In this document: positions 28,657 to 37,587 of the stretch, piece by piece
Position numbering within the stretch: the first letter of the stretch is position 1
Layout: every line of letters starts with the position of its first letter
DNA from: a virus
Length of the DNA: 64,000 nt
Reading direction: 5' to 3' (one strand)
Virus record (IMG/VR): IMGVR_UViG_3300049893_001984
Coordinates: 32,001 to 96,000 of that record
Notes under the pieces: generated by a model
What the model was told of the DNA's origin: nothing
The model's input: only the letters and a program-made list of their open reading frames with translations
Database searches by the model: none
Program-made: the position numbers and the translations under genes

Positions 28657-31600
28657 TTAACCTTTCACCACGACCTTATCGTGGATATCAATATCGCCAC
28701 GCTGGTATGCGGCTATAACATCCGCCTTTGAGCGGAAAACCCTGGGCGGCTTATCGTTCTTTGAATTGCTAGCCAAATACAGACCCATCAGGAACTCATT
28801 GCGCGGCAAATAATGTACACCAAAGTCACGCGTAGACTTCAGGTTAACACTTGGCAGCATTTTCTCTCGTGCTTCTTTTACCGCTTCTTCAGTCACAGGT
28901 ACATGATAATTCATAGCGTCGCCGTCAAAATCAGCGTTGAATCCATTACACACGACTGGAGGAAGCTGCAAAGTGTGGCCTTTACTAAGTTTAGGGAACG
29001 CTGCCATGAAGCCATACCTGTGGTAAGTTGGCGCACGGTTAATCATAACCGGTCGCTCTTTCATCTCTTCCAACATCGTCTTACGAGCCAGGTCTGTCTG
29101 GTTGGCAACTGATTTAGCTGCCTCAACGGCGGGCAAACCTTGCCGAATAAGGCGGCGTACAATAAACGGACGGTAGATCGTCCAAGCCTTAGGCTCCGGC
29201 AACCCCACCTCATCCATACTCAGGTCAGGGTTAGGTGTGATAGCTGCGCGGCCAACCATGTCCACAGGCATACCAAGGACACGGCGCTGGAACATACCCA
29301 TCTTGGGGCTGTTTCCAAAGACGTGGGCCAACAGACCCTTAACCTTCTTCTCCTGCGTCTTCTCCTGCACAGGGTCACCCAAGCCTGACACAGCCTTAAC
29401 AGCGTTATAAAGCTGCAACCGTTCTTCGTTAAGGTGCTCATCGCCAACCTGACCAGACAGGTCCTTAAGGGCCTGGTTAGAGGTCATGAGATCCTTGTAC
29501 AGAAGGTTAGCGTCGGCAACCAAAGGAAGATCCTTGAACTTGGTGATTGGCCTGAAGTTAGGGGGTATCACCGGAACCTTATTCATCATAAGTTCCTTGG
29601 GGTGTGTACCTTCCTTCTTCAAGGTCTCCAAGTAACCCAGGACCTTTACAGCGTTATCACGCTTACTCTTGGCACCGTCTTTAATAATGCTCTTATAGCG
29701 TTCAATTTCACCATCAACGTTTATGCGCCCCAACGCAGCTTGAATAGCTTTTGGTCCAGTTGCACCACCAAGCTGTTCTTGCCCGCCCAGGATTGCCTCA
29801 AACTTCTTTCCAGTCAGTCCAAGCATGCGCCTAACCGGTTCTTCAAACACAGGGTTAGGCATGGGTTCGTGCAGGTTGATGTGTCCCCATCTATTACCAC
29901 CGTGGCCACCAGTAATAGTACGGTCAAACAGGCCACCAGGAATCTCAGTCATGTCGTTCTGATCGACAGTCTTGTTTTCCTTGATCTCACCACTGCTCAT
30001 CTCGTCTACATGCTTGTCTGTAAGAGCGAACAGATGCAGCTTGTTGCCGTCCTTTTCCACGTTTATGCCTGCGCCCTTCAGGTGGGCTAGGAACTTATTG
30101 TAGATCAGCGGTTCCTTAGGTGAAGGAGGGGTAAGCCCCATACGGAAGGCTTTCCAGTAGTCGTCATTGCGCTGACCACGGATAACCTGTGCTTCCCTAA
30201 GAACGTTAGGAACGCCGTGAGACAGCAGGGAGAAAGTCTCCATCTGGGAGATTCTCTTCGCACCCTCATCGCCGCCCCTGGCGGGAAGGCCCTCACTTGT
30301 GTACCCACCAACGTCTCTACCTTTACCTTTACCTTCTGCCAGGTGGTGCAGCTTCATCATGAAACGCTCACCAGTCAGAACCCCAGGTATTGACTTCCCT
30401 GTTTCAGGATCAACCAGGTCCTCTGTGTCCTTAAGCCCATGCTTAGCCAGCTCTTCTTGTACGTGGTCAACGCTAGCCTTACCTTTAAGACCAAACCCAG
30501 GCAGAAGAACAGGTTGTCCTGTCTTACGAGCGATCTTACCGAGCAGCGCTTCATACACCTGGCTGGGGTTGATACGGGAGATGATACCCAGGGAGTTAAG
30601 GATCAGTTCCAAGGGTTTGCCGTCTTTGGAGTGAGGCATCTGGTGGTCAGGGATAACCCGGCTGATAACACCCTTATCACCGAAGAACCCGGCCAGCTTA
30701 TCGCCCTCTTGGGCAGGGGCATGGCTCTTGACAGTGATGTTCCAATCACCGTTCTTGTTCTGTGTGACGTCGGTTACAACACCATCGTGTACGTGATCCC
30801 ATTCCATGGCTCCGTTGGAGAACATGGGTTTATGCCCTTTATGCACAGCGTCCTGCTGGCTGCGTCTAAGGGACAAGAACAGAGGATCTCCATGCTTAAC
30901 GACCGTGCCAACCTTCACCACACCGTTTTCATCGATAGGCTTCAGCTGGTTTGGTTTATAGGCCCCAGGATATAGTGACAGAAACTGTTTTCTGCCTAAC
31001 ACTGTTTCACCCGGAGTGTGTTCTAGCACGCGCTGATACATGTGCTCACTACGCAGGCGCTGGGCGGCTGACTCACTGATGATCACACCGTCTTCGAAGG
31101 CCAAACCCTTGTACGGCATATAGCCAGTACGCAGGTTAGTGCCCATGGCTATCTGGCCTTTGTCGTCCGTGTAGTTACTCTTGGCCAGGAGCTGGCCTTT
31201 GCCAACTGCGTCGCCAATCTTAACAACGGGCGTGTTGTGCAGGAACGTGTTATGGACGATCAACCCACCGCACACTGCAAAGTTCTCGGAGCCTTCCACA
31301 CAGAGGTCATAAACGAAGTCTTCGTTAGGGTGTGGGGTGATGTCCGTAATCAAATCCCACATAACATCGGACCTGCCCCACTTGCCGTAGGTGCCAGAAC
31401 CTTCTCTCAACCTATCCTTAGCTACAAATCCCAAAGAAGCGGTTTTGTATCTAAACATTGAAGCCGACTCAAACTCCTTGTACATAGCCTTTCTACCAGC
31501 TTTAGTTACTGGCACAGACTCAAAAGGAGATGCCCTGAACTTCTTCTTGAGTTTACTGGCAAACCTGGCTTGTTTGTCTGCGTAGAAGAACCAGCTATCC

Positions 31601-34600
31601 AACTTTCCAAGGTGTCTGCTAATTACTCTCAGACTGTAAACATCGCGCCAATTGGTATTTTCCAGGCGCTGCTCTTTATGTGCTCTGGTAGTGAAAATAC
31701 CAAGAGAAGCTAGTAAATCACACAGGTCGTCACGCAGCTGCTTGGAGACAGACGCGGCCCCTAGTTGTATGGCTCCATTGCTATCCGACCAAACACAACC
31801 ATCCCCGCCAAAGTACCCGCTGATAAGGCCTTGTTTAAATTCATTAGAGGCCGACAAGTACTTTTCAGGTATCCGCTTGTTGTGGGCAAGGTGACCGAAC
31901 GAGCTAGTAAGCCAATCGCACAAGGCGTGATCCGTCAAACACACAGAACCGCCATTGCGATAAGGCTCTCTACCGTTGGTTACTTTTCTAAGCAGGCTAA
32001 TAACTTCTTCAGCCCTATTGTCTGGCTGAACTGCAATTATTACCAACCCAGGTTGAGAAGGTGGGCAATGTCCTTCTGACAAGTAAAGTCCAGCGAACAA
32101 ACCCATATCATGTGACATTGTAACCTGCACCGGAACTTCAGGAAGCATGGCTACAGGCGAGCGTGTCTGCCCGATCACGCAATCCAGCGGATAGATTGGT
32201 GAAAGCTCACCCTTATCATTCAAAGTTATAAGGCTGTGGTCTTCTGTGACCGTAACGTGCCTACCTGAACTAAATGTCACAGTAAACAAGCGCTTATCGT
32301 TACTGTGTTTCAAATATCCAGTTACGATCATCCAAGCTGAAGCCTGTGTTTTAGGATCAACAGACAGAACACGGTCCCCAGCTTCCCAGCGGTACTGTTC
32401 AATGGGTCCACGCCAAAGCTCTTCATTCTCTTTTCTAATAATGATCTGCGTGTTGCCTGTCACACTTTTGCGGTTGAATGGAAAATTATCATAAATTTCG
32501 TGCAACTCTTCTTTGCCATCAGCGTATTTAACAGTGATGCCCTTCCTGTCCATCTTGCTGACAACACCATCCCCCTTAGACTTAATCGCCCCTACGTGTT
32601 CGGCATAATGGTCAGCGAACGACTTACCTTCCTCAGTAGTAGGCTGTACCAGTGGTGCTTCCGGCTTCTCCAAAGGAAGTGCCTGCAGAGCGAACTTGGC
32701 ACCCATCAACAAGCGGCCACCCTTGATGCTGTTAATCATGGGTACCATGTTGGACGAAGCGGTGAACATACGAGTGGGGTGAGGCAGTTCATAATCAGCC
32801 TCGCCCTTCTTAACGTAGATCAACTGTTTGGCCTTGCTCATGGCACGCACAGTGTCACCTTCCCTTTCGTGTTCACCGGGGAAAGCAACAACTGACTTTG
32901 CAGCCTGTTCGGCTGAAACCATCTCCGTCTTACCGGTTCTCATATTCTTCATAGGCGAGTAGAGTCGGCCATCGGAGCCTTTAACAGTTCCATGGGCAAT
33001 ACGACTATCTACGCCGATGTTTCCCGACTCAGGGGCTCGAATCGGGTCGAAAAATCCGAAGTGTGAAGGCTGCACATTGCGTGATTCGTCAGGCACAGCA
33101 TCCGCCGAGCTGATACCGCCTTCACCCAGGCGAAGCACTCTTAGATGCTGGTCAAAGATTTCGAGCGGATTGGTTTCTTCGAGGTTCTGCCCCATTCCAG
33201 ACCGAAGCAGTACACCTCGCAGCTGGGGCGTAAGTGCGCCAGACGGCATGTGTTTCAAGTGTCCGCGCAGCGTGGACTTCCACAGCAGCTTACGACCAAT
33301 CATCCCGGCGTCACGCTGAACACGCTCGGCAAAGAAATCCTCAGGGCCGTGCATTGTCTGATAAGCCAAGGAGTCGCGGTCGTCAGTGTCCTCAAGACCC
33401 TTGTGCACGTTAAGCAGCTTCTGGCTAGTGCGCAGAAGCATAGGTACATCGGCATTCTTGTGCGGATGACCCAGGGTTGATTGTGTTACTTCTGGATCCA
33501 GCTCCATCTTATTAAAGACAGCAGCGATCCCTTGCCCGTGGGTGTTACCTGTGGGCAACGGTTTAAACTCTGTTTCGTTCTCTTCTTCTGGCTCACCTTC
33601 AGCCGCACTCTTTATTACCGTCTTGTTTAGTAGCGCTTTCTCAAGTGCTTTAATTGAGGCATTTTCAAGGCAGTAACGGTGAAAATGTCCGCGCTGGTAA
33701 GCGACAGGTGGGGGTGGTCCAAAGGGCTTATGGCAAAGACCACAGATGCGGTGCGGGTCGTGCTTGTTAAAGGCTGCCTCTTTAACTTCGCCATCCTCAT
33801 CCTTATTCTCTTCAGAGACACTGGCTTCGCCGCGCGTGCCTACCAACTTGGCGTAAGCACGCTGCACGGCTCGCGGATCATCGGCTTCAATATTCTGCTT
33901 GAGCAGGTCCTTACCCCAGTGCTTCTCAATCTCTTTATCCTGTACGCCCATAGCCTTCAGGATCGGGTACATTTTGAGCGTAGACTGGCCGACTCCCAAA
34001 CGGAAGATGCCTGTGGAGGGCTCCATGTAAACACGGAAGGAGGGCCCTGTACCGTTCTTGACGTTTACATGGGCCTCCAACTCACCGTTCTCTTTAACAC
34101 GGGTGTAAACCCCTGACTTCAACCGCATCTGGTTCGCCACGGTGTATTCGTTACCGCTGTAGATAAATGTACCGCGATGTGTGGCATATGGGACGTGCGC
34201 GATAACGCCGCCCTTCTTGTCTACGACCTTATTTGTAGCTTTATCAATTAGATGCCATTCACCGCCAAGTCGCCGCTCAAGCGACTGACCTTTAAGAATA
34301 GCCTCTTTCTGCTGCTCAATAGAAACCTTGTCTGGGTCCATGTATTTAAGCCCATGGATCTCCAGACGATAGCGCGTGTTCTCTATCGGGTACTTTTGAG
34401 ATATGGCTTTGTGGACATTGTCGAAGATGGTTGAACGCATTTTATCTGCGTCACCAAAATTTCGATAAGAGACTGGTTCTTGTGAGGCGGGCGCCAAAGT
34501 GCTGCCCAGCAAACTAGTCGGCTGGGCTGCACTAGGCTTTTCTTCAGGCTTCGGTTGGCTTGCTCCGCCTGGGTTTACAAGAATGTTCTCGAGCGGGGAA

Positions 34601-34608
34601 GTTGCCAT
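28657..34608 (-). CDS. rpoBC: DNA-directed RNA polymerase beta-beta'(N-terminal) fusion, intein-containing
   Basis: 1983 aa. beta motifs: GTFIYSGNEY..NQMRL, GDKLAGFFGDKG, LNSLGIISRIN, KLHHLAEGK, KRISQME. beta' motifs: WGHINL, VPVIPPNFRP, LGMPVDMVGRAAI, INRAPTYHR, and catalytic NADFDGD at 28918-28938. Confidence 0.95.
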   Translation of the reverse strand: MATSPLENILVNPGGASQPKPEEKPSAAQPTSLLGSTLAPASQEPVSYRNFGDADKMRSTIFDNVHKAISQKYPIENTRYRLEIHGLKYMDPDKVSIEQQKEAILKGQSLERRLGGEWHLIDKATNKVVDKKGGVIAHVPYATHRGTFIYSGNEYTVANQMRLKSGVYTRVKENGELEAHVNVKNGTGPSFRVYMEPSTGIFRLGVGQSTLKMYPILKAMGVQDKEIEKHWGKDLLKQNIEADDPRAVQRAYAKLVGTRGEASVSEENKDEDGEVKEAAFNKHDPHRICGLCHKPFGPPPPVAYQRGHFHRYCLENASIKALEKALLNKTVIKSAAEGEPEEENETEFKPLPTGNTHGQGIAAVFNKMELDPEVTQSTLGHPHKNADVPMLLRTSQKLLNVHKGLEDTDDRDSLAYQTMHGPEDFFAERVQRDAGMIGRKLLWKSTLRGHLKHMPSGALTPQLRGVLLRSGMGQNLEETNPLEIFDQHLRVLRLGEGGISSADAVPDESRNVQPSHFGFFDPIRAPESGNIGVDSRIAHGTVKGSDGRLYSPMKNMRTGKTEMVSAEQAAKSVVAFPGEHEREGDTVRAMSKAKQLIYVKKGEADYELPHPTRMFTASSNMVPMINSIKGGRLLMGAKFALQALPLEKPEAPLVQPTTEEGKSFADHYAEHVGAIKSKGDGVVSKMDRKGITVKYADGKEELHEIYDNFPFNRKSVTGNTQIIIRKENEELWRGPIEQYRWEAGDRVLSVDPKTQASAWMIVTGYLKHSNDKRLFTVTFSSGRHVTVTEDHSLITLNDKGELSPIYPLDCVIGQTRSPVAMLPEVPVQVTMSHDMGLFAGLYLSEGHCPPSQPGLVIIAVQPDNRAEEVISLLRKVTNGREPYRNGGSVCLTDHALCDWLTSSFGHLAHNKRIPEKYLSASNEFKQGLISGYFGGDGCVWSDSNGAIQLGAASVSKQLRDDLCDLLASLGIFTTRAHKEQRLENTNWRDVYSLRVISRHLGKLDSWFFYADKQARFASKLKKKFRASPFESVPVTKAGRKAMYKEFESASMFRYKTASLGFVAKDRLREGSGTYGKWGRSDVMWDLITDITPHPNEDFVYDLCVEGSENFAVCGGLIVHNTFLHNTPVVKIGDAVGKGQLLAKSNYTDDKGQIAMGTNLRTGYMPYKGLAFEDGVIISESAAQRLRSEHMYQRVLEHTPGETVLGRKQFLSLYPGAYKPNQLKPIDENGVVKVGTVVKHGDPLFLSLRRSQQDAVHKGHKPMFSNGAMEWDHVHDGVVTDVTQNKNGDWNITVKSHAPAQEGDKLAGFFGDKGVISRVIPDHQMPHSKDGKPLELILNSLGIISRINPSQVYEALLGKIARKTGQPVLLPGFGLKGKASVDHVQEELAKHGLKDTEDLVDPETGKSIPGVLTGERFMMKLHHLAEGKGKGRDVGGYTSEGLPARGGDEGAKRISQMETFSLLSHGVPNVLREAQVIRGQRNDDYWKAFRMGLTPPSPKEPLIYNKFLAHLKGAGINVEKDGNKLHLFALTDKHVDEMSSGEIKENKTVDQNDMTEIPGGLFDRTITGGHGGNRWGHINLHEPMPNPVFEEPVRRMLGLTGKKFEAILGGQEQLGGATGPKAIQAALGRINVDGEIERYKSIIKDGAKSKRDNAVKVLGYLETLKKEGTHPKELMMNKVPVIPPNFRPITKFKDLPLVADANLLYKDLMTSNQALKDLSGQVGDEHLNEERLQLYNAVKAVSGLGDPVQEKTQEKKVKGLLAHVFGNSPKMGMFQRRVLGMPVDMVGRAAITPNPDLSMDEVGLPEPKAWTIYRPFIVRRLIRQGLPAVEAAKSVANQTDLARKTMLEEMKERPVMINRAPTYHRYGFMAAFPKLSKGHTLQLPPVVCNGFNADFDGDAMNYHVPVTEEAVKEAREKMLPSVNLKSTRDFGVHYLPRNEFLMGLYLASNSKNDKPPRVFRSKADVIAAYQRGDIDIHDKVVVKG
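31249..32466 (-). mobile_element. Intein (406 aa) with LAGLIDADG homing endonuclease in the RNAP beta region
   Basis: Starts SVTGNTQI (Ser1, residue 715) and ends VYDLCVEGSENFAVCGGLIVHN, followed by Thr+1; block B VTVTEDHSL; LAGLIDADG-like FAGLYLSEG and ISGYFGGDG. Excision restores FPFNRK-TFLHNTPVV. Confidence 0.92.
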
Positions 34609-34641
34609 CGTCTGTTTTTACCTTTACATGGTCTGGTCAGC

Positions 34642-35595
34642 TTAGTTTGCCTCTTCAGCAAGATCGGGAGGGGCGACTTGAACAGGCGGAGGGCTTGCTC
34701 TGAGTCTTGCTTTTAGCATACGCCTCAGCTCCTTTAGCTTGTATCGCTCAGGATCATTGTCCTCAATGTAACCCTTAGCCGCCTGGTGAGCACCATATCC
34801 AAGCAGGGATGCAATACCAAGGTAAGGCCCAGCCATCTCAACTAGTTCCCCGGCAGCTGCCTTTGTATACGCTTGAGCTAAAGCATCCACAAGCTCACCA
34901 GCTGAACTCGCCTTGTTTAACCCTTTACTTGAGGCGTACTCCATTTTAAGCGCATTTTCAAATTCCTGCTTTGCTTTGGACAGGTGTTTATCCAGAACAG
35001 CGGAATGTGAGTCTATGGCTTTTTCAGAGGCATCCTGGTACCCCTTCTTCAGTTCTCTAGCTCCGGTCAATGCAGCTGCCGGATAGAACCATGGAAGGGA
35101 TGTGGGATTACTATTTGGCCTAGTTGCATGTGTAAACTTTTCATCGATAAGGCGTGCACCATATGCCTTTGCATCTTGTGCCGTTTCCAGCACCGGGCTA
35201 ACCATGGTGTCCCATATGATACCGGCATTCTTTGACAACAGCCGCTCATCGAGCCACTCTGCTGTCTTGCGTTGAGGCTCTGCTTTGCTTCCAGGTACGG
35301 AAGGCATCGTAATAGTCATATCGCGGCCAGGAGGCGCATCAGAGCCAGACCGTACAGGTAGAAGGCTTTCTATGCCGCTGTCCTGAACTTTTTGCTGTCT
35401 TATTCTTTGACCAGCAGCGTAACTCGCTTCACGTACCTTATCTATAATGGCCATCGCCTTAGCCGTGGCCTCTTCTTGTGAGGACGGTATGTGCTGATGC
35501 AGCACAGCCTCCTGTTCCTTAAGCTTCTGTTTCCAGGCTGGGCTTTCCATCAGTTCGTTGGCTACTTTTGCAAATTCGCCCATTATCCACCTCAC
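34642..35595 (-). CDS. Putative internal head/ejection protein
   Basis: 317 aa; KTAE, KNAG, KASS and KAAA motifs; hydrophobic helix MAGPYLGIASLLGYGA. Confidence 0.6.
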   Translation of the reverse strand: MRWIMGEFAKVANELMESPAWKQKLKEQEAVLHQHIPSSQEEATAKAMAIIDKVREASYAAGQRIRQQKVQDSGIESLLPVRSGSDAPPGRDMTITMPSVPGSKAEPQRKTAEWLDERLLSKNAGIIWDTMVSPVLETAQDAKAYGARLIDEKFTHATRPNSNPTSLPWFYPAAALTGARELKKGYQDASEKAIDSHSAVLDKHLSKAKQEFENALKMEYASSKGLNKASSAGELVDALAQAYTKAAAGELVEMAGPYLGIASLLGYGAHQAAKGYIEDNDPERYKLKELRRMLKARLRASPPPVQVAPPDLAEEAN

Positions 35596-35963
35596 GCCTT
35601 CGGCATATATGTATAGTTTAGAATCCAGCGGATAAACACACGCCAGCTCTTTATGCTTTCGTCGTATGTTTCCCTCTCGAAGGATATCTCTGCGTAGCCA
35701 TTACCAACCAGCTGGCATATGTCTTGGTAATAGTCCAGATCTTCCTCTTTTGAGAGGTCAAGTACATCGACATGTACATCACGACCCTGCTTCGGACGTT
35801 TTGAATCAATGTCGTCTTCTTTTATGTCTGGTATTGATTTTCCTTTAAAAGGAACACCGTCAATACCAGGAAGGATCATGTCCTGGTGTCTTGTCTTGTA
35901 GGGATCAACCAGAACAGCAGGTATTACTCGCCGTCTATTAATTTCCGCTTCAGGCAGTGACAC
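35592..35963 (-). CDS. Hypothetical protein
   Basis: 123 aa, globular; translationally coupled to its neighbours. Confidence 0.6.
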   Translation of the reverse strand: MSLPEAEINRRRVIPAVLVDPYKTRHQDMILPGIDGVPFKGKSIPDIKEDDIDSKRPKQGRDVHVDVLDLSKEEDLDYYQDICQLVGNGYAEISFERETYDESIKSWRVFIRWILNYTYMPKA

Positions 35964-36366
35964 CCTTACTCCTTGCCGCCATGCGGCTATGAATTTCTTG
36001 TGTCAGTTTCTTGTAGTTTTCGATCAACTCTTGTTTACGCAAATGCGTTATGTCTTCAGCCAGAGGCTTATCGGCCAAGCCTTCAGCTGCTCCGGTAATT
36101 CCACCTGCCACAAGAGGTGCACCAACTGCACCAATTGCGCCATAGTTGGCAGCGGAACCAAGTATACTCTTAGCTTTATCAAGAGCAGCCCCGCCCCTCT
36201 CAACAGCCATTCCACCTACGGCTAGAGGGAACCCTATCGGGCTATTGAAGGTGAAGTCATCCGCCTTCTTCTTAAACTCGTCTGGCGTAATACCTGCGTC
36301 AGCCAGACCATGTAGAAAGCCGACCTTGTACGCGTCGGCTTTCTTTCTCAGCTCACTATTATTCAT
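35950..36366 (-). CDS. Putative internal head protein with AYxxGF...GITPDE module and Gly-rich helices
   Basis: 138 aa; two KKAD motifs. Confidence 0.6.
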   Translation of the reverse strand: MNNSELRKKADAYKVGFLHGLADAGITPDEFKKKADDFTFNSPIGFPLAVGGMAVERGGAALDKAKSILGSAANYGAIGAVGAPLVAGGITGAAEGLADKPLAEDITHLRKQELIENYKKLTQEIHSRMAARSKGVTA

Positions 36367-36393
36367 CGCAGTTTCCCTTACATGTAACTTAAA

Positions 36394-37572
36394 TTAGTCT
36401 TCAAGCATACGGTTGATAAGGCTACTGCATTCCTCTCCGAGTTTACCTTCGTAAGAAGCACCCTTCTGAAGGACGTCAGCGACCTGCTCACCGTTCAATC
36501 CCATCTCCTGGCAGGCAAACAGAAGCCCATCAGTGAAAGGGGTGCCGAGGCTGGCCTTCTTTTCTTCCTTCTTTTCTTCCTTCTTGTCGTCTTCTTTGTC
36601 CTTACCCTTCATCGCTTTGTGGGCAAGGTAGCCAGCTCCGCCAACCGCAGCGGCTCCAGCCGCTCCAATGCCAATCTTCCCGGCAGTGCTGGTGTTGTTC
36701 CACTTATCCTTAACGTAATTACCAGCGTCAGAAACAGCGCCTTTAGTCTTTTCCCAGAGGCTTGGTTTCTTAGGGCCACTACTGACACCAGCGTACCGTT
36801 CAACTGTATTAGGACCACCACCGGCACCTGCATATTCCTCGGTAGTCATAGCGAATTTGAACAGGTGGTTGTACTTGTTTCGGATGTAAGCAGCCTGCTT
36901 CTTTGCTTCTTGCTCGGGCTTTTTACCGAAAAGCTTATCATAACCGAGATAGCCGAGCCCACCAAGTGCAGCTGCGCCTCCGATCAGGCCAGCTTTTCCG
37001 CCAGCGCCCCTGTTCCAAGTGTTCTTAATCCAGTTACCGGCCCTGTTCATCGCTCCAGGCCCAGCGGCAGGGGCAGCCGGTGAGACCATTCCAGCATACC
37101 GTTCAACTGTATTAGGACCACCACCGGCACCTGCATATTCCATCGTGGACATTGCAGGTTTTGCAGAAACGGGAGCGGCTCCACCTGCATATTCCATAGT
37201 TGACAGTCCGGACCCTTTATTGGAAGGCTGAAGAGCGTAGGGGCCGAGGTCTTTAACCGTAGGGTTAGCGCCTGGCCTAGAGGCAAGAGCGAGGTCTCCG
37301 GTATCTCTAACATTAGAGGTAGGGATAGCACCTGGTCTAGAGGCAAGGGCGAGATCGTCTTTTGGCATTTTATTGTTTCCTTTCGGGGTAGGCCCGCGCT
37401 TTATCACTTGTGTTTTGTCTGACACATCAGGATAAATAGCGCCATTAGGTAACGTCTGCAATTGGTTATACTTTTCTGGATTCCACTTAAGTGTTTCTGC
37501 GTAAGGGTCAGCTGCTTGTTTGGCCAAAATGCCGGACAGCTTTCCTATACTTTTTATATCAATTTTAGCCAT
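36394..37572 (-). CDS. Mosaic repeat-containing putative internal head protein
   Basis: 392 aa; KQAA x2, KFAM and KKAS motifs; duplicated EYAGAGGGPNTVERYAG and DLALASRPGA; two Gly-rich hydrophobic helices. Confidence 0.65.
   Translation of the reverse strand: MAKIDIKSIGKLSGILAKQAADPYAETLKWNPEKYNQLQTLPNGAIYPDVSDKTQVIKRGPTPKGNNKMPKDDLALASRPGAIPTSNVRDTGDLALASRPGANPTVKDLGPYALQPSNKGSGLSTMEYAGGAAPVSAKPAMSTMEYAGAGGGPNTVERYAGMVSPAAPAAGPGAMNRAGNWIKNTWNRGAGGKAGLIGGAAALGGLGYLGYDKLFGKKPEQEAKKQAAYIRNKYNHLFKFAMTTEEYAGAGGGPNTVERYAGVSSGPKKPSLWEKTKGAVSDAGNYVKDKWNNTSTAGKIGIGAAGAAAVGGAGYLAHKAMKGKDKEDDKKEEKKEEKKASLGTPFTDGLLFACQEMGLNGEQVADVLQKGASYEGKLGEECSSLINRMLED
36788..37141. repeat. 51-nt direct repeat (36788-36838 and 37091-37141; one synonymous mismatch)
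   Basis: CCAGC(G/A)TACCGTTCAACTGTATTAGGACCACCACCGGCACCTGCATATTCC. Confidence 0.9.
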
Positions 37573-37587
37573 TATCAGCTCCTTAGT

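Noticed and set aside
36788-37141. 51-nt repeat pair as a DGR template/variable region
   Set aside because: Both copies are in the same CDS and frame, with a single synonymous mismatch and no adenine-specific pattern; no reverse transcriptase in the window.
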